Assembly (NCBI GenBank): GCA_947259735.1
Contig: CAMYNN010000006.1
Span: 4,998-68,997, forward strand
Reading direction: 5' to 3'
From: Thermodesulfovibrionia bacterium
GTDB lineage: Bacteria > Nitrospirota > Thermodesulfovibrionia > UBA6902
DNA length: 64,000 nt
Shown here: positions 26,374 through 35,709 of the stretch, in pieces
Position numbering within the stretch: position 1 is the first letter of the stretch
Layout of the letters: each line of letters opens with the position of its first letter
Position numbers and translations under genes: made by a program
Notes under the pieces: generated by a model
Databases searched by the model: none
The model's input: the letters and a program-made list of their open reading frames with translations, nothing else
Told to the model about the DNA's origin: nothing

Positions 26374-28788
26374 ATGGCAAAAGGTTGTTGTGATACAGGA
26401 AGAGATGACAGAATTAAGAAGTACAATCTTGCAGACTGGCAGATACTCAATCCCGATATCAAGGCTTTCAGTCCCGACGATATTTTATTTGCTCCCCCGT
26501 ACATCAGGAAGCGTAAAAAAGGAATAAATCTGCTGATAGATCCCAAATCCCCTAACTGGATCAGCATAAATAATACGGGAGCTGAAATTATCAAACTGTG
26601 CGATGGCAGGCATACATTGTCGGAAATTCAGGATTCCATATGTAATAAATACGGTCTGACAAACAGGAAGAAAGTCAAAGAAGAGATTTCCCAGTTTATC
26701 AGTGCAGTGGGGTTACTTGAATTTGTATCCGATACGGAATATAACAGGCCGGAATATAAAGGAAGAAGCAGCGCGATTGCTCCCCGTAAACTGGATGAAC
26801 TCTGGCTTTATTATACGATGGCATGCAATCTGCGGTGCAAGCATTGTCTTGTAGATGCAGGAAAGGTCCTGAAAAAGGAATTAACGAACGACGAGTTCAA
26901 AAAGGTTGTGGACGAGGCAATAAAACTTGGCGTCAAGAGGTTCTATATTACCGGTGGGGAACCTTTTATCAGGGCAGGTATTTTTGACCTTATTCACTAC
27001 ATCACCAAAACGAAGAGGCGTGACCTTATTGTTCTTACAAATGCGACTCTTTTCGACGATGAAAAGATAGCTGCACTCAAAAAGGTCATGAGCCCGAAAC
27101 TTCTGGTGCAGGTGAGCCTGGAGGGACCGACTGCCGAAATCCATGATAAACTGCGTGGCAAAGGAAGCTTTGACAAGACGGTGGATGGCATTCAGAGGCT
27201 TATGGGCATAGGAATTACACCCATTGTTTCGACGGCCATAAGCAAACTGAATGAAAAAGATATTGCAAAGACCTCCCGGTTTCTTTCAAAGCTTGGTATT
27301 CAGGAACATAATGTGCTCTGGATGCATGCGAAGGGACGGGGTGCCGATAATTTAAATGAATTATATGTGCCTTCGGAAAATATAGCAAAGGCCATGAAAA
27401 AGGTGAAGAAGGAATACAAGGAGCAGGAAGTTATTTTTGATAATGTGGAGTCCTTGAAAGTCCGGGTGAGAACCAAGAGGGGAAGGAAAAATGACCTTTG
27501 CAATAATTGTTTTGAAAAGATCTGCGTTAATTCTGATGGACATATATACCCCTGTGCCTCACTGAATGGAGACAAAAATTTTGATGCAGGTTCGGTGCGC
27601 AAAAAGTCTTTAAAGGATATATGGTTGAATTCAAAGGTTATGGACAGGGGGAGGGAAAACAGTGTACAGGACAAAGCGGAGTGCCGGGAGTGTTATCTAG
27701 AATACTTTTGCGGCGGCGGATGCACTTCCCATAGCTATTATGCATCTGAAGTGGATAGGGGGAAAGGTTCCATAACTGCAGTCGATCCGTACTGTTCAAC
27801 GTACAAGTCAATGTTTGAGGACATCATCTGGGAACTTGCTTCCGAGGGGGTGGCCCCGCAGAACGGCAAAGGCTACATGGCTCCCCTTGTTTATAATGCA
27901 ATGGATTCGAAACTCCCCGGGCATCTTGGCGCCGGAATTGAATCTATTGATAAAAACTTTGAAGTGGGATGCTACCATTGTTCCTGCGTCCTTTCCGTTG
28001 ATGTTGAGGATGATGAGGAAGTGTGCAAGCCTGAAATCAAGGGGCATGTTACGAAGACAGTAAAGAAGAAATTCTCAAAAGCCGCGTATAATCCTGTTGC
28101 TGACTATTACTGTCCCACGGGATATAATCCGAAGGACCTTTCCCATATCCCGAATGAAGTGCTTGATGTATCCTATGGATGCGGAAATCCTGCTGCACTT
28201 GCAGATATCAAAAAGGGTGAGACGATTGTTGACCTCGGCGCAGGAGGCGGTATTGACTGTTTTATTGCTGCAAAAAAACTGGGCAGGAAAGGCAAAGTCA
28301 TAGGCATCGACATGACCGATGAAATGCTGGAGAAGGCCCGGGAGAGTGCGAAAATCGTTGCAAAAGCCCTGGGTTACGATGTAGTTGAATTCAGGACCGG
28401 TAACATCATGGAACTCCCCGTTGACAGCGATTCTGTTGACCTTGTCATATCAAACTGTGTTATCAACCTTACAGAAGACAAAGCTAAAGTACTGGATGAA
28501 ATATATCGAATATTAAAACCGGGTGGACGGTTTATCATTTCAGACATCGTTTCCGACAAACCTGTCCCGGGATATTTAAAAAGAGACAAGGAGTTATGGA
28601 ACGCGTGCCTTTCGGGAGCACTGACGGACAGGCAGTTTACAGAAGTTGCCCAAAACGCGGGATTCTCGGGTGTTGAATTGACAAATAACTATCTTTATAA
28701 AAAGGTGGAATTTATCGAGTTTTATTCAATTACCCTGAAGGGCAGCAAACCCCGGAAAGTCACTTGCGGGGCCTGTGCCTGTAGCTAG
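26374..28788 (+). CDS. Tripartite fusion: PqqD-like peptide-binding domain, radical SAM/SPASM domain and ArsM-type SAM methyltransferase
   Basis: 804 aa. Residues about 55-118 are PqqD-like (NWISINNTGAEIIKLCDGRHTLSEIQDSI). CNLRCKHC is at 151-158. A SPASM-like motif follows (CVNSDGHIYPC...CRECYLEYFCGGGC). From about residue 563 the ArsM-like motifs are YYCP, SYGCGNP, VDLGAGGGIDC, GIDMTDEML, ISNCVINL, LKPGGRFIISD and LWNACLSGAL. The C-terminus is TCGACACS. Confidence 0.85.
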   Translation: MAKGCCDTGRDDRIKKYNLADWQILNPDIKAFSPDDILFAPPYIRKRKKGINLLIDPKSPNWISINNTGAEIIKLCDGRHTLSEIQDSICNKYGLTNRKKVKEEISQFISAVGLLEFVSDTEYNRPEYKGRSSAIAPRKLDELWLYYTMACNLRCKHCLVDAGKVLKKELTNDEFKKVVDEAIKLGVKRFYITGGEPFIRAGIFDLIHYITKTKRRDLIVLTNATLFDDEKIAALKKVMSPKLLVQVSLEGPTAEIHDKLRGKGSFDKTVDGIQRLMGIGITPIVSTAISKLNEKDIAKTSRFLSKLGIQEHNVLWMHAKGRGADNLNELYVPSENIAKAMKKVKKEYKEQEVIFDNVESLKVRVRTKRGRKNDLCNNCFEKICVNSDGHIYPCASLNGDKNFDAGSVRKKSLKDIWLNSKVMDRGRENSVQDKAECRECYLEYFCGGGCTSHSYYASEVDRGKGSITAVDPYCSTYKSMFEDIIWELASEGVAPQNGKGYMAPLVYNAMDSKLPGHLGAGIESIDKNFEVGCYHCSCVLSVDVEDDEEVCKPEIKGHVTKTVKKKFSKAAYNPVADYYCPTGYNPKDLSHIPNEVLDVSYGCGNPAALADIKKGETIVDLGAGGGIDCFIAAKKLGRKGKVIGIDMTDEMLEKARESAKIVAKALGYDVVEFRTGNIMELPVDSDSVDLVISNCVINLTEDKAKVLDEIYRILKPGGRFIISDIVSDKPVPGYLKRDKELWNACLSGALTDRQFTEVAQNAGFSGVELTNNYLYKKVEFIEFYSITLKGSKPRKVTCGACACS

Positions 28789-28827
28789 GCGGTATTAAAA
28801 TATGAATAAGAAACGAGGTAGGAATTT

Positions 28828-30312
28828 ATGAGAGTCAGCTTAGTAAATGCTCAGGTTTTAGACGGCAATAATGTTGTACCCCCTCTGGGACTGATGTACA
28901 TTGCAGCAGTTTTGGAAAAGGCGGGCCACAAGGTCCAGATATTTGATTCCGACCCTGAATACCAGGACACCATGATGCAGGAAATCAAGGATTTCAACCC
29001 TGATCTGATCGGGTTGAGTTTTTTAACGGTGGCCTATCAAAGGGCATTCAATCTTGCGAAGGCCCTGAAGAAAGAACTTCCCGATGTGACCTATTGTGCC
29101 GGCGGAGTACATCCAACGGTAAAGCCGAAAGAAACATTGACGGAATTTGACGTTGACTTTGTCGTTGTGGGAGAAGGGGAAGCCACGATTGTTGAAGCCT
29201 GTGAAAAGCTGGAGAAAAAAGAAGGAGTTGACGGTGTGAACGGAGTTATGTTCCGTAAGGATGGAGAAATTGTAACTACGCCTCCTCGGGAAATGATTAA
29301 AGACCTGGACTCCATTCCTTTTCCTGCGCGGCACTTGATTGATATGGCGCCATACCTCATGCCACCTGGAATTATCAGGGGGTATGCAGAAAAGAACCAG
29401 ACGACTATTGTTACAAGCAGGGGCTGTCCCTTTAAATGTATTTACTGCGGCAGTCATAATATCTTCGGAAGAAGGACCAGAAGGCGTTCTGTAAAAAATG
29501 TTGTTGATGAAGTAGAACATCTGCATAAAAACTTCGATATAAAGGGAGTCTACTATTGTGATGATACATTTACCCTCAGCTCCAAGTGGGTAAAAGAATA
29601 CTGTCATGAATTAAAGAAGAGAAATCTGAATGTCAAGTGGGCATGCCAGTCAAGGGTCGACCAGACAGACCCTGAGCTCATGAAGCTGATGAAAGAATCA
29701 GGGCTTGTGCAGCTTGATTTTGGCGTTGAAAGCGGTTCTGAAAAAATACTGAAAGTGCTGGGCAAGGGCGGTGCAGGTGACAGGACTTCACAGATAAAGA
29801 AATCCTTTAAACTGTGCAAGGAGCTTGATATCAGGACCCTTGCAACATTTATTATCGGCAATCCCGAAGAGACAAAAGATGACATAGACCAGAGTTTCCA
29901 GGTGGCAAAGGAAATCAATGCTGACTACACGGCATTCTATTTTCTCACCCCTTACCCGGGAACTGACATATATGACATGGCTATAGAAAACGGATGGCTT
30001 GACCCGAACCTGCCTTTCTCCGAGATCTGGGCACACAGGCAGCCGGAGCTCCCTTTAATGGCTATTACCTTTGGAAAGGAAGAGCTCAGAGATATCCGCA
30101 GACATCTGCAGAACCAGTTTTTTACAAGGAATTATCTCAGGAGTTCGGGGAATATCAGTTTCTACTCAATACTGATCAGCATAATCTTCAAGCATCCCGG
30201 GGTAATCCTGGACTGTCTGGGTAAATTTATCAGGACCCGCAGGATAGACTATATTGTAGAGACCCTCAACGCGGAGTACTGGCGGATGAAAAAGTACGAA
30301 GGCGCCGGATAA
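28828..30312 (+). CDS. B12-binding-domain radical SAM enzyme (class B-like)
   Basis: The N-terminus is B12-binding-like (PPLGLMYIAAVLEKAGHKVQIFD) and the cluster motif is TSRGCPFKCIYC. Confidence 0.9.
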   Translation: MRVSLVNAQVLDGNNVVPPLGLMYIAAVLEKAGHKVQIFDSDPEYQDTMMQEIKDFNPDLIGLSFLTVAYQRAFNLAKALKKELPDVTYCAGGVHPTVKPKETLTEFDVDFVVVGEGEATIVEACEKLEKKEGVDGVNGVMFRKDGEIVTTPPREMIKDLDSIPFPARHLIDMAPYLMPPGIIRGYAEKNQTTIVTSRGCPFKCIYCGSHNIFGRRTRRRSVKNVVDEVEHLHKNFDIKGVYYCDDTFTLSSKWVKEYCHELKKRNLNVKWACQSRVDQTDPELMKLMKESGLVQLDFGVESGSEKILKVLGKGGAGDRTSQIKKSFKLCKELDIRTLATFIIGNPEETKDDIDQSFQVAKEINADYTAFYFLTPYPGTDIYDMAIENGWLDPNLPFSEIWAHRQPELPLMAITFGKEELRDIRRHLQNQFFTRNYLRSSGNISFYSILISIIFKHPGVILDCLGKFIRTRRIDYIVETLNAEYWRMKKYEGAG

Positions 30313-30328
30313 GGAACAATTCAAGAAA

Positions 30329-30368
30329 CAAAAAAAAGGAGCGTTGCCAGGCAACGCTCCTTTTTTTT
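30329..30368. terminator. Strong bidirectional Rho-independent terminator
   Basis: An A9 run, then ggagcgttg-ccagg-caacgctcc, then a T8 run. Confidence 0.8.
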
Positions 30369-30424
30369 GTTTCTCCATACTTACTTTATTAAGCACGTCA
30401 ACGGGTTATAATAAAATATTAAAA

Positions 30425-30440
30425 TGGTTACCCACTTGCT
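30425..30440 (+). promoter_or_regulatory. Weak sigma-54 promoter candidate TGGTTAC-N4-TTGCT
   Basis: The GG/GC spacing is correct, the -12 TTGCT is good and the -24 is degenerate. It lies about 140 nt upstream of the ATG at 30578. Confidence 0.3.
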
Positions 30441-30577
30441 GATTTTGACTCCATGTTCAGGGTTTCAAGAAACTTCACTTCTCCCTATCTTCTTGGCCTC
30501 TCTTCCCCGCACTGACGGCTACTGTTAGGGGATCATGCAAATCATACTGTGCAGCATATGAAAAGATCTGAGACTCT

Positions 30578-32995
30578 ATGAGAAAAAATACACTATTCTC
30601 TATTACACTCATTATCGCTATAATGACTGGTCCGACGAAATTCTCTTTTGCGGTTCCTGCAGCCCCGGGTCTATTCGACTTGAGGCAGCCCGACAGCACT
30701 GTTTTCAGAGCACAGCAGCAGGGTGATGAGTGGAACAACAGGGTTGAGACCGCACATGGCTATACTGTGAAAAAACACATTGATGGATACTGGAAATATA
30801 TCTCCCGTTTTGAAAGAGACATCCCCCGTTTCAGCAACGTTCATGCTGACAATAACCCTCCTGCAGGAATTGCCAGGCATCTTCGTCCGGGCATTTTAAC
30901 GAATCCCCGTGAAGGGAGGGATTTGCACCCTGACGGCGCTCCATCCTCTTCTTCATCAGGATTAAAGAGCACCTCTTCTGTTTCAGGAGCGGCTGCTCCG
31001 ACAGGAACATTTAACGGGGCGGTTCTGTTTATTCTGGCAGAGTTCAATGACAGGTCCGGTGTATATACGGAAACGGATTTCGGAATACTTATTTCGAACA
31101 ATATCAATGATTATTTTGACAAGGCATCCTACGGCAGTGTTAATCTGTTTTCGGCCAGTGAAACTTCTGGAACAGCTGATAATGGTGTTGTTGGATGGGT
31201 AAATGTGGGAGGTGATCACCCCGATACGGGAAGTGCCACGGGGACGAAGAACAGGCGCTTGGCCAGGGATGCCATTATTGCCGCTGACCCCTTTATTAAT
31301 TATGCCTCCTATGATTCCGACAGTGACGGGTACGTTGATGCCGATGAACTGGCCGTTGTTGTAATTGTTGCCGGATTTGAGAGGGCATACAGCGCTTCCT
31401 ATACGCCAAGTGTCTGGGGTCATAAGTGGTCTCTTGGCTGGGGCGGAGTGAATGCACCTCGCGTTGACGGGGTGCGTGTCGGCCATGACCACGGCGGTAC
31501 GGGTGGCTATGCTCAGTTTGGAGAAATACACCGGAGCAATGCTTTGAACCAGCATCAGGCAACCATGGGGATTATGGTGCATGAACTGGGGCATCTCATT
31601 TTCGGACTTCCTGACTTGTACGATACCGACGGGTCCTCAGAAGGTATTGGTGTTTTTGGAATCATGGGCTCAGGCAGCTGGGGGAGGGCGTTATCGGATC
31701 CCTATTCCGGAGAGACGCCGGTATTGCCTTCAGCCTGGACTCGATACGATCGTGGCTGGTCAAGCGCATCTGTTTTTTCGGGCTATGCGGCGGTCACAGC
31801 CGCCGGAGCATTATCAGCGACGGGATCAAACTCAGCGTACAAACTTCTTACGTCACTTTCAAATGAATATTTTATTGTAGAAAACAGACAGCCTGTGGGA
31901 TATGACCGGGGTCTGGAAGTTCAGTTGGGAGCCGGATTTGGCGGCCTGGCTATCTGGCATATAGATGAAGACACAATTTCAAGCAAAATAAGCACAAACT
32001 CAGTTAACACAAGTGAATGTTACCCCGGCGGCCCGTCCTGTGATCCCAATCATTACGGCGTAGCCATTGTCCAGGCAGACAATCAATGGCACCTTGAGAA
32101 AGACTCAAACAGGGGCCAGGCCGTGGATTTGTGGAATTCGGGCAATAAAACGAGCTTCGATTCAGTTTCTGCTCCGAATAGTGATCTGTACAGTGGTGCT
32201 CAGAGCTATGTAAGCGTAACGAATATAAGTGCGGCAGGAACGACAATGACTGCTGCATTCAATGCCTATTTACTGGAAATCAACAGGACGGGATCAGGCA
32301 GCGGTACGGTGACGTCCAGTCCTGCCGGGCTCGACTGTGGAAGTAACTGTTTAGAGTATTACGAAAGCGGGACCGTTGTCGTACTGACGGCAACAGCCGG
32401 CGCGGAGTCAGTTTTTGCAGGGTGGAGTGGAGATCCTGACTGCTCTGATGGCTCCGTTGAAATGAGTGACGACAGGACGTGCACAGCAACCTTTGATGTA
32501 CTGCAATATCAGTTAAATACCGATGTAAGTCCTGCCGGCAGTGGGACCATAAGTCCTGACTGTTCATCTGGTTGCCTGTATGACAGCGGCACAATAGTCA
32601 CGTTAACTGCGACAGAGAGCGGCGGCTATTTTTTTGATGCCTGGTCAAACTGTGATTCTCCGTCAGGTAATGTCTGCACAGAGACAATGGATGAAAGCAT
32701 TACCATTACGTCCGGGTTTCTGGGATGCTTTGAGCCTGTCCGGATTGATTACACGACACCAGTGTATTTCAAGACTCTCCAGGCTGCCTATATTGCAGCT
32801 GTTGACGGGGACGTTATCCAGACCCGGGGCGTATCTTTTGTTGGAGACCTGAATGTAAACCGTCAAATATCGGTTACTCTTAATGGTGGATATAATTGCG
32901 ATTATTCAGCTGTTACGGGAACATCCGGCTTTAATGCCACGATGACCGTTGGTGAGGGAACAATTACGATCGGAGAATACATTTTCGGGAACTAG
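30578..32995 (+). CDS. Secreted M6-like (immune inhibitor A-type) metalloprotease with C-terminal Cys-containing repeat domains
   Basis: Signal peptide, HExxH motif (VHELGHLIFGLPDLYD), and two about 75-aa repeats (GSGTVTSSPAGLDCGSNC.. and GSGTISPDCSSGC..) resembling InlB B-repeat-like domains. Confidence 0.75.
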   Translation: MRKNTLFSITLIIAIMTGPTKFSFAVPAAPGLFDLRQPDSTVFRAQQQGDEWNNRVETAHGYTVKKHIDGYWKYISRFERDIPRFSNVHADNNPPAGIARHLRPGILTNPREGRDLHPDGAPSSSSSGLKSTSSVSGAAAPTGTFNGAVLFILAEFNDRSGVYTETDFGILISNNINDYFDKASYGSVNLFSASETSGTADNGVVGWVNVGGDHPDTGSATGTKNRRLARDAIIAADPFINYASYDSDSDGYVDADELAVVVIVAGFERAYSASYTPSVWGHKWSLGWGGVNAPRVDGVRVGHDHGGTGGYAQFGEIHRSNALNQHQATMGIMVHELGHLIFGLPDLYDTDGSSEGIGVFGIMGSGSWGRALSDPYSGETPVLPSAWTRYDRGWSSASVFSGYAAVTAAGALSATGSNSAYKLLTSLSNEYFIVENRQPVGYDRGLEVQLGAGFGGLAIWHIDEDTISSKISTNSVNTSECYPGGPSCDPNHYGVAIVQADNQWHLEKDSNRGQAVDLWNSGNKTSFDSVSAPNSDLYSGAQSYVSVTNISAAGTTMTAAFNAYLLEINRTGSGSGTVTSSPAGLDCGSNCLEYYESGTVVVLTATAGAESVFAGWSGDPDCSDGSVEMSDDRTCTATFDVLQYQLNTDVSPAGSGTISPDCSSGCLYDSGTIVTLTATESGGYFFDAWSNCDSPSGNVCTETMDESITITSGFLGCFEPVRIDYTTPVYFKTLQAAYIAAVDGDVIQTRGVSFVGDLNVNRQISVTLNGGYNCDYSAVTGTSGFNATMTVGEGTITIGEYIFGN

Positions 32996-33037
32996 GAGTA
33001 TGGTTCTCCCCGCCGTCTGACCTTCCCTGCGTCCGGT

Positions 33038-33874
33038 CTAAAACCCCTGCACAGGAGTCGGAGTAAAGGTCAAAATGAAAATTACGAGTGACACCCAGCC
33101 CATAAACTTTCTTTTTCTGTCAAGCTGAATGTGGGGAAAGACAACTGGTGGATGTCTGTACCCGAGAATGATCATCAATATGGCCCATATTAACCAGCCC
33201 GGCCAGAAAATAATGCCAAGAACTACTAAAACAGGTAGAGTTCCTTTCGAAATCCACGCATGCTTTTCACCGAAGAGTGCGTAAATAATATGCCCGCCGT
33301 CAAGTTGACCGATGGGAAGTAGATTCAATGATGTGACTAAAAGCCCGATCCATCCGGCGAAAGCAACGGGATGGAGTATTACGTCATATGATTCAGGATC
33401 AACATTCAATACAATTGTAGAGAGAAAGTTGAACAATAGTGAACTCCCGAAGGCAAGACCTTCCTGCAGTTCGCCTGCAGGCCTTACCTCTGACATGTGC
33501 AGGCCTGCAACACAGGCAATGACGGCAATTATGAATCCGCCAATCGGTCCTGACGCGCCGATGTCGATAAGAGATCTCCTGTCCGGTATTGGCGGCTTCA
33601 TTTTTATAACTGCTCCGAAGGTCCCGATTATTGAAGGGGCGGGAATGAAGTATGGAAGTGTTGCGGATACATGATGTTTTCGTGATGCCAGATAATGAGA
33701 CATTTCATGGGTGAGAAGAATAAAAAGCAGGGTTAATGAGAAAGGCAGTCCGAGATAAATTTTTTCAGGTTCTTCCCATGGGATAATTCCGTTAAGCAGT
33801 GCACCGGCACTCATTGTGGTCAAAAAAGTCAGAACAAAAAGCAGAATGTGTATGCGGGTCAGTTTATGAGGCAT
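33038..33874 (-). CDS. Site-2 protease family (M50) membrane metalloprotease
   Basis: Polytopic protein with an HEMSHY (HExxH) motif. Confidence 0.85.
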   Translation of the reverse strand: MPHKLTRIHILLFVLTFLTTMSAGALLNGIIPWEEPEKIYLGLPFSLTLLFILLTHEMSHYLASRKHHVSATLPYFIPAPSIIGTFGAVIKMKPPIPDRRSLIDIGASGPIGGFIIAVIACVAGLHMSEVRPAGELQEGLAFGSSLLFNFLSTIVLNVDPESYDVILHPVAFAGWIGLLVTSLNLLPIGQLDGGHIIYALFGEKHAWISKGTLPVLVVLGIIFWPGWLIWAILMIILGYRHPPVVFPHIQLDRKRKFMGWVSLVIFILTFTPTPVQGF

Positions 33875-34349
33875 CGTATTTTTTCTGGTATTTCGTTGCC
33901 AGGGGTTGAATTATAAAATAGCTTATCACTGCGGATATGGTACCTATGAGAAATGAGCCCACAAAAAAGGACTTTATAAGAGGCATCAATTCCTTGACAA
34001 GAAGAATGAAATTGTCCAGGTCTGTCAGCTTAGTCATGACACCAGTAAGGCTTACACTTCCCCAGTCCACTTCAGGCAAAACCTGTTTTATCCCCATCAG
34101 TTTTGCGCCGGTCCAGACACAGAAAGAGGAGATGGGGACAATTGTCCACGGGTTATTAACGCTGACCCCTACGACTGCAACCAGCTTGTTTAAGCGAAGA
34201 ATCCAGGCCAGAAACAGGGCGAGAATATAATGAAGGCCCAGCAAAGGAGAGATCCCCATGAAAACTCCCATGGCAAATGCAAGGGCGATGCGCTGGGGCG
34301 TGTCTTTTACATTGAAGATGCTTCTGAATGTATCTTTAAAGTAAGCCAT
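33864..34349 (-). CDS. DUF2062-like membrane protein
   Basis: 161 aa. PQRIALAFAMGVFMGISP.. is typical of DUF2062. Confidence 0.6.
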   Translation of the reverse strand: MAYFKDTFRSIFNVKDTPQRIALAFAMGVFMGISPLLGLHYILALFLAWILRLNKLVAVVGVSVNNPWTIVPISSFCVWTGAKLMGIKQVLPEVDWGSVSLTGVMTKLTDLDNFILLVKELMPLIKSFFVGSFLIGTISAVISYFIIQPLATKYQKKYDAS

Positions 34350-34422
34350 TATTTTAAAAAGAGTCCCAATGGTCGAGGGTTCCAGGGGGCAAGGAAAAAC
34401 ATAATATAAACATCGCTCGAGT

Positions 34423-34451
34423 CCCTGAATCTCGAAGCGAGTCTACGCGAA
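34423..34451 (+). repeat. Repeat copy 1: CCCTGAATCTCGAAGCGAGTCTACGCGAA (part of a structured element at about 34417-34500)
   Basis: 27 of 29 positions are identical to 35593-35621. The downstream tail tcgctccgaccctgactccc also resembles tcgcttcgacctgtccc of copy 2. Confidence 0.8.
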
Positions 34452-34504
34452 GTCGGTACGACTCGATTCCGAGAGTCGCTCCGACCCTGACTCCCTGGAG
34501 CCTG

Positions 34505-35461
34505 TTACTTAAAGTGTTCATAGCCTTCTGCCTGAAAGGGCGTTTTCTTTCCGTCGGCATCGATTATGTATCGGCCTTTTTTTATTATTTCTCCAATTCT
34601 GTGTGCAGCGGTTCTGTAACCGGGCGGTGCTGTGAAAAGAAGGACATAATCTTCACCGCCTTCTAGAGCAGATTTAAAGGGATCTTGCCCAAGCTTTTTT
34701 GCCATAGTAAGAAGTTCTCTTGACAGGGGGATTCTCTCCTTGTATATCATGGCCCCAACTCTACTCTTCTCACATAGATGGCTCAAGTCAATGAGAAGCC
34801 CGTCGCTGACATCTATCATAGATGTTGCATTTTTTGTACTTTTTAGCGGTGCTGGAAGAGGCATTAAATGTTTCCTGATGAGCTTCAGGCGGTCAGTGGC
34901 CGGTGAAAACCTGTGTACTTTTCTCCGTGATCTTTTTAAAAGGGCCAGTCCCATTGCTGAATCGCCCGTTGTGTCAGCTAAATAGATTCCATCACCTGCT
35001 TTTGCCCCCGAGCGCATCACCGCTTTTTTTGTATGCCCGATCACTGTTCCACTGAGAATGAGTCCTGTTACGGAAGTGCAGGTGTCTCCGCCAATAACTG
35101 TTACATTAAACTTTGCAGCGAGTTTGTTTATTCCAGAGTACATTTCATCAATCTGTCCGGAATCGATGCCCTTTGGAATACCGAGGCTTATGAGAAAATA
35201 TTTTGGGCCTCCCCCCATTGCGAGTATATCACTGATGTTTACAGCGAGGAACTTATACCCGAGTTGAAAGAATGTTGTAAATGAAAGATCAAAGTGCACT
35301 CCTTCAAGCATCATGTCGGAAGTTATCAGTGCATTCTCACCCGGAATATGAACGACGGCGGCGTCATCACCGATGCCGGCAAGAACTCCCGGAGAAAGGC
35401 GGGGACATCGTTTCTGCAGTTTTTTTATTAAGCCGAATTCACCTAATTCTGAAAGTTTCAT
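34505..35461 (-). CDS. thiL: Thiamine-monophosphate kinase
   Basis: 318-aa AIR-synthase-like fold with GDDAAV, DMMLEGVHF and GGD motifs. Confidence 0.9.
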   Translation of the reverse strand: MKLSELGEFGLIKKLQKRCPRLSPGVLAGIGDDAAVVHIPGENALITSDMMLEGVHFDLSFTTFFQLGYKFLAVNISDILAMGGGPKYFLISLGIPKGIDSGQIDEMYSGINKLAAKFNVTVIGGDTCTSVTGLILSGTVIGHTKKAVMRSGAKAGDGIYLADTTGDSAMGLALLKRSRRKVHRFSPATDRLKLIRKHLMPLPAPLKSTKNATSMIDVSDGLLIDLSHLCEKSRVGAMIYKERIPLSRELLTMAKKLGQDPFKSALEGGEDYVLLFTAPPGYRTAAHRIGEIIKKGRYIIDADGKKTPFQAEGYEHFK

Positions 35462-35591
35462 ATAGCTGTTAATATTGAAAATCGAGGGGCTGAGGAGAAA
35501 ATAACCTGTAAAATTAAATTTATGAAAAGACGTTATTGAATAATCTTTATGCTGATAGTGCTATGCCGGTTATTTTGCGATCTTTCCAGAC

Positions 35592-35621
35592 CCCTCGAAT
35601 CTCGAAACAAGTCTACGCGAA
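35592..35621 (+). repeat. Repeat copy 2: CCCTCGAATCTCGAAACAAGTCTACGCGAA (shorter version of the element, about 35588-35645)
   Basis: See copy 1. It lies between the lon stop and the thiL start. Confidence 0.8.
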
Positions 35622-35709
35622 AATTCGCTTCGACCTGTCCCGATTTTGAGCAGGATTTGACCGGCGATTTTATATCTCATTGCCCCGCACTGGCGCTCTG
35701 TAACACAAA

